From Novosphingobium sp. (GTDB taxonomy: Bacteria > Pseudomonadota > Alphaproteobacteria > Sphingomonadales > Sphingomonadaceae): 64,000 bases of DNA. The notes beneath the pieces are model-generated. The model worked only from the letters and a program-made list of their open reading frames with translations, had not been told where the DNA came from and did no database searches. Position numbers and translations under genes: made by a program. Of this stretch, positions 8,760 through 18,832 are shown in pieces. Location of the stretch: assembly GCF_024236215.1 (NCBI RefSeq), contig NZ_JACKKX010000004.1; one strand, written 5' to 3'. How positions within the stretch are numbered: position 1 is the first letter of the stretch; every line of letters starts with the position of its first letter.

Positions 8760-9767
8760 TCAGGCCGGCACCACCTCGCCCTCGATCGCACCGAAGATGG
8801 TGTGGCCCTTGCCATCGAGCATCTCGATCCGCACCCTATCGCCATAGCGCAGAAACGGCGTCGTGGCGCTGCCGCTGGCGATGGTTTCGATCATCCGCTG
8901 TTCGGCGATGCACGAATAGCCGCGCCCGCCCGCGCCGCAGGGGCGCCCGGGGGAGCCATCGGGGTCGCGGTTGGAAACCGTGCCCGAACCGATGATCGAT
9001 CCCGCCCCGATCCGGCGGGTCTTGGCGAGATGCGCGATCAGCGTGCCGAAATCGAAGGTGCACTCCTCGCCTGCGTCGGCGCGCCCAAAGGCTTCGCCGT
9101 TGAGATCGACCCGCAGCACGCCCGAAAGCCGTCCGCCCTGCCAGGCTGCCCCGAGCTCGTCAGGTGTCACGAAGACCGGCGAGAAATGACTGGCCGGCTT
9201 GGACTGGACAAAGCCGAAACCCTTGGCGAGCTCTGCCGGGATCAGGTTGCGCAGCGACACGTCGTTGACCAGTCCGATCAGGCGGATCTGGTCAAGTGCA
9301 TCTGCTGCCGAAACGCCTTGCGGGACATCGCCGGTGACCACGCAGATCTCGGCCTCCATATCGCAGCCCCAGGCCTCGTCGGCGAGCGTGATCGCCTCGC
9401 GCGCGCCGCGCAGGTCGTCGCTGCCGCCCTGGTACATCAGCGGATCGTGCCAGAAGCTTTCGGGCAGTTCGGCCCCACGCGCCCTGCGCACCAGCTCAAC
9501 GTGATTGACGTAGGCCGAGCCATCGGCCCACTGATAGGCCCGCGGCAGCGGGGCAGCGGCTTCGCGCTCGTGAAAACGCTCACGCGGGATCGCGCCGTGC
9601 TCCAGCTCGGTGGCAAGGGCCCGCAGGGTCGGCTCGTGCCGGTCCCAATCGTCAAGCGCGGCCTGAAGCGTGGGGACCAGATGATCGGCGGGCGCAAACC
9701 ATGCGAGGTCTGAGGAAACCACGATCAGGCGCCCGTCGCGGCCATGAGGAAGCGAAGCCAGTTTCAT
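8760..9767 (-). CDS. fumarylacetoacetate hydrolase (FAH) family protein
   Basis: It lies in ORF 8760..9902. The MKLASLPHGRDGRLIVV start at 9767 falls 2 nt after the marR stop. The FAH-fold C-terminal region is present (GSGTVSN, GDRVRIEM). Confidence 0.8.
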   Translation of the reverse strand: MKLASLPHGRDGRLIVVSSDLAWFAPADHLVPTLQAALDDWDRHEPTLRALATELEHGAIPRERFHEREAAAPLPRAYQWADGSAYVNHVELVRRARGAELPESFWHDPLMYQGGSDDLRGAREAITLADEAWGCDMEAEICVVTGDVPQGVSAADALDQIRLIGLVNDVSLRNLIPAELAKGFGFVQSKPASHFSPVFVTPDELGAAWQGGRLSGVLRVDLNGEAFGRADAGEECTFDFGTLIAHLAKTRRIGAGSIIGSGTVSNRDPDGSPGRPCGAGGRGYSCIAEQRMIETIASGSATTPFLRYGDRVRIEMLDGKGHTIFGAIEGEVVPA

Positions 9768-9771
9768 GCGA

Positions 9772-10221
9772 TCATTCTCCGGGGCCGGCGGCCTGTTGGT
9801 GGATACGCGCCAGCAGCGCCTTGAAGGTCTGCTGCTCGGCGGGTGAAAGCGGGGCGAACAGCTTGCGCTCCATCTCGAGCGCGATCGGCATAATCTCGCC
9901 ATAGACGCCGCGTCCGGGCGCGGTCAGTTCAAGATGGTGCGAACGCCCGTCGCGCGCGTTTGGGCTGCGCGCGATCAGGCCGCGCTCCTCCAGCACCTTG
10001 CAGGCACGGTTGACCGCCACCTTGTCCATCCGCGTTGCGCCGACCAGATCGCGCTGGGTCTGCGCCCCGGCATCGCCCAGCACCGCCATTACGCGCCATT
10101 CGGGGATCTTGAGCCCGAAGCGCGCGCGGTATTCGTCGGCGATCCGGTCGCTGACCGCGTTCGATGTTACCGAGAGCAGATAGGGCAGAAAATCGGCAAG
10201 GCGGGTCTGGTCGGCGGACAT
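9772..10221 (-). CDS. MarR-family transcriptional regulator
   Basis: The 149-aa product has the winged-HTH pattern (RVMAVLGDAGAQTQRDLVGATRMDKVAVNRACKVLEERGLI). Confidence 0.85.
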   Translation of the reverse strand: MSADQTRLADFLPYLLSVTSNAVSDRIADEYRARFGLKIPEWRVMAVLGDAGAQTQRDLVGATRMDKVAVNRACKVLEERGLIARSPNARDGRSHHLELTAPGRGVYGEIMPIALEMERKLFAPLSPAEQQTFKALLARIHQQAAGPGE

Positions 10222-10222
10222 G

Positions 10223-10252
10223 GCAAACTGGTTCCTGTTGCAACCAGTTTGC
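10223..10252 (-). promoter_or_regulatory. perfect 11-bp inverted repeat; candidate MarR operator or RBS-sequestering hairpin
   Basis: The repeat is GCAAACTGGTT-N8-AACCAGTTTGC. It ends one nucleotide before the marR ATG (10219-10221), and the only AGGA lies in the 8-nt spacer. Confidence 0.4.
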
Positions 10253-10286
10253 TAGGGGCAAGTCCGCCCCGGCGCAATGGCGCTGG

Positions 10287-10916
10287 TCAATTTTTCACGG
10301 CCTCGGGCGCGGCGGCGGCAAACGCAGGCAGCGCGCGCAGAGCCGCGTCGATCCGCACCAGACGGGGAAAGGCGCCGAGCGGAACCTCGAAACGGCGGGC
10401 ATTGGCCATCTGCGGCACCAGGCACAGGTCGGCAAGGTTAGGCCGGTCTTCACCAAACAGTCCGGCCTCGGGCGCTTCCGCCTCGAGCGCGGCAAATCCT
10501 TCGGCGATCCAGTGGTGATACCACTGCATCACAGCCTCCTCCCCCTGGCAGAGTTCGCCGCGCAGCCAGTTCAGCACACGCAGGTTGTTGAGCGGGTGGA
10601 TGTCCGCCACCACGCTCAGTGCCAGGGCGCGGACCCGCGATCTTTCCAGCAGATCGGTGGGAAGCAAGGCAGGATCGGGGAAGCGTTCGTCAAGATATTC
10701 GACGATCGCCATCGACTGGGTCAGCAAGGCGCCATCGATTGCCAGCGCGGGCACCAGCCCCTGCGGATTGAGCCTGCGGTAGTCTGCCGAACGCTGTTTT
10801 CCCTCCACCAGATCGATCGCTTCGCGTCGATAGCCGATACCCTTGAGATTGAGCGCGATCCGCACCCGATAGGCAGCGGAAGAGCGCCAGTAGTCATAGA
10901 GCACGACCTCGCTCAT
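10287..10916 (-). CDS. maiA: maleylacetoacetate/maleylpyruvate isomerase (zeta-class GST)
   Basis: YDYWRSSAAYRVRIALNLKGI is the typical zeta-GST N-terminus. The product is 209 aa. Confidence 0.8.
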   Translation of the reverse strand: MSEVVLYDYWRSSAAYRVRIALNLKGIGYRREAIDLVEGKQRSADYRRLNPQGLVPALAIDGALLTQSMAIVEYLDERFPDPALLPTDLLERSRVRALALSVVADIHPLNNLRVLNWLRGELCQGEEAVMQWYHHWIAEGFAALEAEAPEAGLFGEDRPNLADLCLVPQMANARRFEVPLGAFPRLVRIDAALRALPAFAAAAPEAVKN

Positions 10917-11782
10917 CGCAGCACCCGCCCGGCAACCGCGTCAAGCTGGGCGGCCAGCACCGGATCGCGTGCGGCACGGTCGGTCATCACCGCATGATCC
11001 AGAGCAGTGTCGATCGGGCTGGGGGTGCGCCGGGCCGGAAGTGACGTGGCGAAGCGGGCCAGGACCTGCCGCGCCCGGGAGACGTTGCGGTGCATCACCG
11101 CGATGACGTGGGCGGCATCGACGCCTTCGTCCTCCTCGCGCCAGGAATCGTAGTCGGTCACCATGCCCAGCAGGGCATAGGGCAGCTCGGCTTCCCGCGC
11201 GAGGCGCGCTTCGGGCATGGCGGTCATCCCGATCACGTCCGCGCCCCAGGACTGGTAGAGGCGGCTTTCGGCGCGGGTGGAAAACTGCGGACCCTCTATC
11301 GCGACATAGCAGCCGCGCTCGTGAACAATCGCCTCCTCGGCGCGGGCCGCCGCGACCAGCCCGGCGGAGAGGCGCGGACAGACCGGATCGGCCAGGCTGA
11401 CGTGGGCCACCAGGCCCGGCCCGAAGAAGCTCCCTGCCCGGCCGGAAGTACGGTCTATCAGCTGGTCAACCGCGACGAAGTGCCCCGGCCCCATCGCCGC
11501 GTTGAGCGATCCGATTGCCGAGAGCGCGACAATATCCGTCACCCCGCAGCGCTTGAGCACATCGATGTTGGCGCGGAAATTGATATCGGAAGGGGGGATG
11601 CGGTGCCCCGGCCCGTGGCGCGGCAGGAAGGTGAAGCGCACCTTCCCCAGCCGCCCGGTGGTAACCGGGCCCGAGGCGAGACCGAAGGGGCTCGCCACCT
11701 CGATCTCCTGCGTCTGCTCCAGCCCGATCCCGGCCGCCAGGCCGGAACCGCCGATTACACCGATATGCCAGCTGTCCTTCAT
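10913..11782 (-). CDS. mtnP: S-methyl-5'-thioadenosine phosphorylase
   Basis: It has IGVIGGSGL, FLPRHG.GH and MTAMPEARLAREAELPYA, which match the PNP/MTAP family. The ATG at 11782 overlaps the TetR stop (ATGA). Confidence 0.8.
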   Translation of the reverse strand: MKDSWHIGVIGGSGLAAGIGLEQTQEIEVASPFGLASGPVTTGRLGKVRFTFLPRHGPGHRIPPSDINFRANIDVLKRCGVTDIVALSAIGSLNAAMGPGHFVAVDQLIDRTSGRAGSFFGPGLVAHVSLADPVCPRLSAGLVAAARAEEAIVHERGCYVAIEGPQFSTRAESRLYQSWGADVIGMTAMPEARLAREAELPYALLGMVTDYDSWREEDEGVDAAHVIAVMHRNVSRARQVLARFATSLPARRTPSPIDTALDHAVMTDRAARDPVLAAQLDAVAGRVLR

Positions 11783-12414
11783 TTCCCGGCGAGGATACCC
11801 GCCATGATGAAGTCTGTGCAATGCTCGCGATAGCGATCGCGCAGGGTTTCGGTGAGGGTGTCGGTATCGAAGCAGTGCTTGAGCACCAGCCGCGCGGAAA
11901 AGAACCTGTCGGCGGCCCCCGTGGCGGTGAAATAGAACAGCTGCGGATCGACGTTGCGGAACACCCCCTGCTTGACTCCGTCCTTGATCAGCTTGTCATA
12001 GGCGCGATGCAGCGGGGCAAGATAGGCGTTGGCGATCCGCTGGGCTTCCTCGTCGTCGCTCTCGCGCACCAGCCGCATCAGCAGGCGGTTGAGATAGGGG
12101 GTCTTGAAATAACAATCGACCATTGCCCCGATATGGAGACGCAGCCGCGCCTCGGGATCCATGTCCTTGGCCATCAGCGCCGCGAGCGAGGTGACGATAT
12201 CGACCATGTCGCGGTCGAGCAGCGCCTTCATCAGCCCGGCCTTGTTGCCGAAATAGTACTTCACCAGCGCCGAATTCAGCCCCGAGCGCAGCGACAATTC
12301 GCTGAGCGAGATATCGACGATATCGCCCTCGCGCATGATGTCGCTGGCGGTCTGCAGCAGCAGCTCGCGCGCGCCTGCCGGGGCTTCGGCTTCGACAGGC
12401 TTGGTCGCGTTCAT
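11779..12414 (-). CDS. TetR/AcrR-family transcriptional regulator
   Basis: The N-terminal HTH reads ISLSELSLRSGLNSALVKYYFGNK. I chose the start at 12414, directly after the hydratase stop. Confidence 0.8.
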   Translation of the reverse strand: MNATKPVEAEAPAGARELLLQTASDIMREGDIVDISLSELSLRSGLNSALVKYYFGNKAGLMKALLDRDMVDIVTSLAALMAKDMDPEARLRLHIGAMVDCYFKTPYLNRLLMRLVRESDDEEAQRIANAYLAPLHRAYDKLIKDGVKQGVFRNVDPQLFYFTATGAADRFFSARLVLKHCFDTDTLTETLRDRYREHCTDFIMAGILAGK

Positions 12415-13283
12415 TCGTAATCCGGCTCCGCTCCCCACCACGGGTAGAAATCGGGCATATCGCGCGAAACCCGTAGCGGAAAGTCGGGGGAACGCTTTTC
12501 CAGAAAGCTTTGCACACCTTCTTTGGCATCGGCTGCTTTCGAGAGGCGATAGATCGCCCGGCTATCCACCTTGTGGGCCTCCATCGGGTGCGCGCCGGGG
12601 GGCACGCGCCACAGCATTGCGCGGGTCATCGCAATCGACACCGCCGAGGTATTGTCGGCAATCTCGCGGGCCAGGCCGCGCGCGGTATCGATCAGCTCGC
12701 CCTGCGGGTGGACCGAACGCACCAGCCCGCCGCGCAGCGCTTCCTGGGCATCGAAAATCCGCCCGGTCATGCACCATTCGAGCGCCTGCGAAACCCCCAC
12801 CAGCCGCGGCAGGAACCAACTCGAGCAGGCTTCGGGAACGATCCCGCGCCGGGCGAACACAAAGCCATAGCGCGCATTCTCGCTGGCGAGGCGGATGTCC
12901 ATCGGCAGCTGCATGGTGATCCCCACCCCCACCGCCGCGCCATTGCAGGCCGAAATCAGAGGCTTGGTGGAACGGTAGAGCCTGAGCGTAAGCACCCCGC
13001 CGCTATCGCGCACGCGCGGATCGGACAGATCCTCGACCGCTGCCGGGTTGGAAAACGGTCCGCCCCCGCCCTCGGGCGTCAGATCGGCCCCGGCGCAGAA
13101 CGCGCGCTCGCCCGCCCCGGTAAAGATCACCGCGCGGACACCGTCATCGCCATCGACGCGGTCCATCGCGTCGACGATCTCGTCCATCATGGTGCGGGTG
13201 AAGGCGTTGAGCTTGTCGGGACGGTTGAGCGTGATCGTCGCGATCCCTTCGCTCACCTGATAATCGATCTGACTGTAGCCCAT
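12411..13283 (-). CDS. enoyl-CoA hydratase/isomerase (crotonase) family protein
   Basis: It has ITLNRPDKLNAF and FTGAGERAFCAGADL, which are crotonase hallmarks. Confidence 0.8.
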   Translation of the reverse strand: MGYSQIDYQVSEGIATITLNRPDKLNAFTRTMMDEIVDAMDRVDGDDGVRAVIFTGAGERAFCAGADLTPEGGGGPFSNPAAVEDLSDPRVRDSGGVLTLRLYRSTKPLISACNGAAVGVGITMQLPMDIRLASENARYGFVFARRGIVPEACSSWFLPRLVGVSQALEWCMTGRIFDAQEALRGGLVRSVHPQGELIDTARGLAREIADNTSAVSIAMTRAMLWRVPPGAHPMEAHKVDSRAIYRLSKAADAKEGVQSFLEKRSPDFPLRVSRDMPDFYPWWGAEPDYE

Positions 13284-13308
13284 CGCCTTCTCCCCTGGTA
13301 CGTGCCGC

Positions 13309-14091
<783 letters not shown>

Positions 14092-14112
14092 CTTGATTGT
14101 CTCCGGTTTGAA

Positions 14113-15285
14113 TCAGCACATCTCGACAATGGTCACGTTGGCGACACCGCCGCCTTCGCACATCGTCTGAAGTCCATACTTGCCGCCCCGCGCCTTGAGC
14201 GCATGGAGCAGCGTTGCCATCAGCTTGGTGCCCGACGCGCCGAGCGGATGGCCCAGCGCGATTGCCCCGCCATTGACGTTGAGCCGGTCCGGATCGGCGC
14301 CAGTATGCTTGAGCCAGGCCAACGGCACCGAGGCGAAGGCCTCGTTCACCTCATACAGGTCGATGTCGCCAATCTTCATCCCCGCCCGGGCCAACGCACG
14401 GTCGGTGGCGAACAGCGGCTCTTCGAGCATGATGACGGGATCGCCGGCGGTTACCGTCAGCGTATGGATTCGCGCCAGCGGGGTAAGGCTGTGGCGCCTG
14501 AGCGCTTCCTCCGACACCACCAGAGCGGCCGAGGAGCCATCGCAGATCTGGCTCGAGCTTGCCGCGGTTAGCGCTCCGCCTTCGCTGATTAGCTTGACCC
14601 CGGCAATCGATTCCAGCGTGGCGTCGAAGCGGATCCCCTCGTCTACCGTGTGCCACTGCTTGCCCTCAACGGTTTCCACCTCGACCGGCACGATCTCGTC
14701 CTTGAAGGCGCCCGCCTCGGTCGCGGCAATGGCATTCCGGTGGCTCTTCAGTGCGAAGCGATCGAGATCGTCCTTGGTCAGGCCATGTTTCTTGACCAGC
14801 ATTTCGGCGCCCATGAACTGCGAGAACATCACGCCGGGGTACTTCGCCTCGAGCCCGTCGGACTTGTAGTGTCCCAGCCCCTCCTTCATGTGGAAGGTGG
14901 CGTTTGAGCCCATCGGCACTCGGGTCATCGATTCGATCCCGGCGGCGATCACCACGTCCTGCACCCCGCTCATCACCGCCTGCGCGGCGAACTGGATCGC
15001 CTGCTGCGAAGAACCGCACTGCCGGTCGATCGTCACCGCCGGGCATGATTGCGGCAGCAGCTTGCTTGCCAGCACGGCGTTGCGGCCGACCTGCATCGCC
15101 TGCTGCCCGGCCTGGGTGACGCAGCCCATCACCACATCGTCAACCGCCGCGGGATCGATCCCGGTGCGCCCCACCAGATGATCGAGCGAGGCCGCGGCCA
15201 GGTCCACCGGATGGACCCCGGCCAGCCGCCCCCCGCGCCGCCCGCCGGCACTGCGCACTGCATCAACGATATAGGCTGTAGCCAT
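14113..15285 (-). CDS. acetyl-CoA C-acyltransferase (thiolase)
   Basis: It has NVNGGAIALGHPLGASG and MCEGGG, which are C-terminal thiolase signatures, plus the QCGSS active-site Cys region. Confidence 0.85.
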   Translation of the reverse strand: MATAYIVDAVRSAGGRRGGRLAGVHPVDLAAASLDHLVGRTGIDPAAVDDVVMGCVTQAGQQAMQVGRNAVLASKLLPQSCPAVTIDRQCGSSQQAIQFAAQAVMSGVQDVVIAAGIESMTRVPMGSNATFHMKEGLGHYKSDGLEAKYPGVMFSQFMGAEMLVKKHGLTKDDLDRFALKSHRNAIAATEAGAFKDEIVPVEVETVEGKQWHTVDEGIRFDATLESIAGVKLISEGGALTAASSSQICDGSSAALVVSEEALRRHSLTPLARIHTLTVTAGDPVIMLEEPLFATDRALARAGMKIGDIDLYEVNEAFASVPLAWLKHTGADPDRLNVNGGAIALGHPLGASGTKLMATLLHALKARGGKYGLQTMCEGGGVANVTIVEMC

Positions 15286-15586
15286 GATCCGATTCCCTGG
15301 TTCGATCCTGAGTTAATCGAGCGATTAAAGTGCGCCGTTGCGGGCGTCAAGCCGAGTGGTTTGGGGCCAGCCGCGCCGGAATTTGTCCAATCAATCAAAA
15401 ACTGTTGTCTAAAGGCAACTATCCTTGACTTTTTCGATCCTGCCAAAGGGTTTGTGTTTGCGCGAGGTCAACATGTCGCTAGCCATTGCGGCATGGCCGT
15501 TTCTGGCCGTCTATCATTGGCATCCAGCCTGGACGCCATATCTCATTGGAGCCGTGTCGCAGCGGCATGTTCGATAGGGGCAATAC

Positions 15587-18500
15587 ATGATGAACCGTCA
15601 CAAGCGCGCGCTTTCGTGCGCAACAAGTCTGCGTGGTGCAGTGCTTGCCACCGCTTTGGTGGCCCTGGCCAGCCCGATGGCCGCCTTCGCGCAGGAAAGC
15701 GCGCCTGATTGCGTCGACGCGAACGGCGATGGCACCTGCGACAGCGCCGCAGATGGCACGATCGTCGTTACCGGCTCGCGCACCCGCCGCGACAATTTCG
15801 ACACGCCCTCGCAGGTCAACGTAATCAACCGCGAAGACCAGATTCTCGCGGGTTCGACCTCGACCGCCGAAGTGCTGCAGTCTTCTTCGGTCACCTCGGG
15901 TACGTCGCAGATCAACGGCTCGTTCCTTGGCTTTGTGTCCGAAGGCGGCGCGGCGGCCAGCACGGTCGGTCTGCGCGGGCTTTCCTCGTCGCGTACGCTG
16001 GTCCTGCTCAACGGACGCCGCCTGGCCCCGGCCGGTGTTGGTCCGCAACTGGTCGCGGCCGATCTCAACGTTCTGCCTTCGGCGGTGATCCGCCAAATCG
16101 AAGTGCTGCGCGAGGGCGCCTCGTCAGTCTATGGTTCGGACGCGATCGCGGGCGTGATCAACGTCATCACCGAACCCAAGGTCGATGGTGTGACTTTCGA
16201 CCTGTTCACCAACCAGCCGATCGAGCACGGCGGCGGCGGGCGGACCTATCGCGGCTCGGTCGTGGCCGGCAAGGTCTGGGACCGCGGCCACATCACCGCC
16301 TCGTTCGAATACCGCGAGCAGACCGGCATGCGCGTGGGCGACCGCGATCTGTTCAGCTGCCCGCGTGACCTCTATTTCAGTCCGACCACCGGCCAGGAAG
16401 TCGGCGCGGTCGATCCTGCCACCGGCCAGCTGATGTGCTTCCCCTATACCACCAACGGTGGTTCGGGCATCGCCAGCGGGTACGGCATTTTCTTCAACTT
16501 CAATAACGGCCAGTCGGGTCGCATCACCTATGACAAGAATGGTACCACCCGTTTGGTCAACGGGCTGTTCCGCGTCGGGCCCAGCCCGCAGCAGCTGAAG
16601 GACCACGTCCTTTCGCCGGTGAAGACCTATACCGGCTATCTCAACGCTGCTTATGAGCTTGATGGTCTTGGCGACGCCGAAATCTATACCGAAGCGCTGT
16701 TCACCCGCCGCGAATCCCATCAGGACTTCACCGGCCAGATCAGCATCAACCCGGCCAACCTCGACGGCGGCATTGAAGTATACGGCGGCAGCTACGCCGG
16801 AACGCCCCTGTCGGATTATGGCTATCCGACCAGCCCGTTCTTCCCGAATGCGCTCGCCAATCTGGGGATCAACTACTACACCCCGTTCATCGTCCCGGCC
16901 TATGAGCGCGAAAGCAAGCAGCGGGTCGATTTCCTGCGCTGGAACGGCGGTCTGCGCGGTAATCTTGGGTTCGGTGACTGGCGCTATGATGCGAACTTCC
17001 AGTATTCGCACACGAATTCGACCTACTCGACCACGCAGACCACGCCCGAACGGCTGAGCAATGCGCTCGAAACCGTGCTGGCTCCGGCTGGTACCCCGAG
17101 CGAGCTGATCACCCACGCCACCAACTATCAGGCCGGCAACGGTGCGGGCTACACCTGCGCTTCGAACGTCAATACCGCTGGCCAGTTCATCGCCGGATCG
17201 ACCTGCGTTCCGCTCAACATGTACGACGTCGATATCCTGGTTGACGGAAAGATTCCGGCTGCAGTCTGGAACTACCTCTACCAGCCCGATGTTGGACACA
17301 CCAAGTTCGACCAGCTGACCGGGGCGATCAACCTGGACGGCACGTTGTTCGAACTGCCCTGGGGCAAGGTGCGCGCCGCGTTCGGTTACGAGCATCGCTA
17401 TGACAAGATCGTCGACACCCCGTCGATCGATGCCCAGAACAGCAACCTCTACAACTACAGCTCGGCCCAGATCACCCAGGGTTCGGACACGGTTGATGAG
17501 GTCTACGGCGAATTGACCATTCCGCTGATGGCCGACAAGCCGCTGGTCAAGCTGCTCGAGCTCGACGTGTCGGGCCGCTACACCCACTACCGCTCGTATG
17601 GTTCGGACTTCACCTACCACTTCAACGCTCAGTGGGCCGTCAACGACATCGTCCGGTTCCGCGCCAACTACGGAACCTCGTTCCGCGCGCCGAACCTGTA
17701 TGAACAGTACGTCGCCGATCAGACCGGATTTTACGGTTCGGCGTCTGATCCGTGCTCAGGCTTCGGCACGGCCTATGCGCCGGGCGACAATGTCTATGAC
17801 AACTGCCTTGCCGCGCTGACCCCGATCCTTGGTGCCAATGCGGTAAACTACATCTCGACCGCCGGGCCGCAGGTTACGACCCGCGGCGGCGCCGGGTTCC
17901 TTTCGGCGGAAACCTCGCGTTCGTGGGGTGTGGGCGGCGTTCTGACCTTCCCGGTTGGTCCGGGCAACGTATCGTTTGCGACCGACTACTGGAACGTCAA
18001 GGTCAAGGGCGAAGTCACCACCCTTGGCACGCTGATCCTGCGGCGCTGCTATGAGGCGGATGATTTCCCCAACAACAACTATTGCGACCTGATTTCGGCT
18101 CGTCGCCCGGCGGGAGACCCTCAGCAGGGCACACTGTCGTCGTTCATCAACCCCTACCTCAACGTCTCGCAGCAGGCGGCTTCGGGGCTTGATTTCGACG
18201 TCCGTTATGCCACCCCGCTCGCCAACGGCAAGCTGGTGGTGCGGGCTTCGGCCACGCGCAACATCCACCAGTACTACCAGCTGTTCGCGGATGATCCGGT
18301 CGATGATTACAACGGCACGCTGGGCGTCCAGGGCTTTGGCGCCGGTCCGAAGTGGGTCGGCAACCTCGAAATGCGATACACCTTCCCGGGTGACCGCGTG
18401 ACCCTGCGTTATGGCCTTGATTATGTCGGCAAGCAGGATTCCTCGCTGGGTTCGACCATCGGGGCGGCGTTCCTGGGCCAGGTCAATGTCGACCTGATCG

Positions 18501-18721
18501 CCGAGGAATACTGGGAGCATGGCATCTCGCTGCAGTACAAGTGGCCCAATGTCGGTCAGATCACCTTCGGTGTGAACAACCTGTTCGGGGCGACCCCGCC
18601 GGTGATCTCGTCGTGCCCGGTCTCGTCGTGCCAGTACACGCGCCTCGGGAACGTGTTCAATTCGAGCAACTACGACATTCGCGGTCGTCAGGTGTTCCTG
18701 AACGTCACCCGTTCGTTCTGA
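15587..18721 (+). CDS. TonB-dependent receptor (paralogue 1)
   Basis: It has a signal peptide, a TonB-box/plug start TIVVTGSR, the plug motif LLNGRR.AP, and a C-terminal aromatic residue (NVTRSF). The start could be 15587 or 15590. Confidence 0.9.
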   Translation: MMNRHKRALSCATSLRGAVLATALVALASPMAAFAQESAPDCVDANGDGTCDSAADGTIVVTGSRTRRDNFDTPSQVNVINREDQILAGSTSTAEVLQSSSVTSGTSQINGSFLGFVSEGGAAASTVGLRGLSSSRTLVLLNGRRLAPAGVGPQLVAADLNVLPSAVIRQIEVLREGASSVYGSDAIAGVINVITEPKVDGVTFDLFTNQPIEHGGGGRTYRGSVVAGKVWDRGHITASFEYREQTGMRVGDRDLFSCPRDLYFSPTTGQEVGAVDPATGQLMCFPYTTNGGSGIASGYGIFFNFNNGQSGRITYDKNGTTRLVNGLFRVGPSPQQLKDHVLSPVKTYTGYLNAAYELDGLGDAEIYTEALFTRRESHQDFTGQISINPANLDGGIEVYGGSYAGTPLSDYGYPTSPFFPNALANLGINYYTPFIVPAYERESKQRVDFLRWNGGLRGNLGFGDWRYDANFQYSHTNSTYSTTQTTPERLSNALETVLAPAGTPSELITHATNYQAGNGAGYTCASNVNTAGQFIAGSTCVPLNMYDVDILVDGKIPAAVWNYLYQPDVGHTKFDQLTGAINLDGTLFELPWGKVRAAFGYEHRYDKIVDTPSIDAQNSNLYNYSSAQITQGSDTVDEVYGELTIPLMADKPLVKLLELDVSGRYTHYRSYGSDFTYHFNAQWAVNDIVRFRANYGTSFRAPNLYEQYVADQTGFYGSASDPCSGFGTAYAPGDNVYDNCLAALTPILGANAVNYISTAGPQVTTRGGAGFLSAETSRSWGVGGVLTFPVGPGNVSFATDYWNVKVKGEVTTLGTLILRRCYEADDFPNNNYCDLISARRPAGDPQQGTLSSFINPYLNVSQQAASGLDFDVRYATPLANGKLVVRASATRNIHQYYQLFADDPVDDYNGTLGVQGFGAGPKWVGNLEMRYTFPGDRVTLRYGLDYVGKQDSSLGSTIGAAFLGQVNVDLIAEEYWEHGISLQYKWPNVGQITFGVNNLFGATPPVISSCPVSSCQYTRLGNVFNSSNYDIRGRQVFLNVTRSF

Positions 18722-18770
18722 TAGACCGGGCCGCCCGGCAGGTCCGGGTCGCTCAAGTCGAACCGCAAGG

Positions 18771-18805
18771 GGGGCGGGACTTCAAAGTCCCGCCCCCTTT
18801 CGTTA
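18771..18805 (+). terminator. Rho-independent terminator after receptor 1
   Basis: The hairpin is GGGGGCGGGACT-tcaa-AGTCCCGCCCCC followed by TTTCGTT. Confidence 0.7.
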
Positions 18806-18832
18806 GGGTCACAAGATGCCCGGAGAATCCCC

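Noticed and set aside
15440-15586. A cobalamin or TPP riboswitch in the leaders of the two TonB-dependent receptors (also 20549-20806).
   Set aside because: I found no B12-box-like GCCACTG core and no TPP CUGAGA / ACCUGA elements in either leader.
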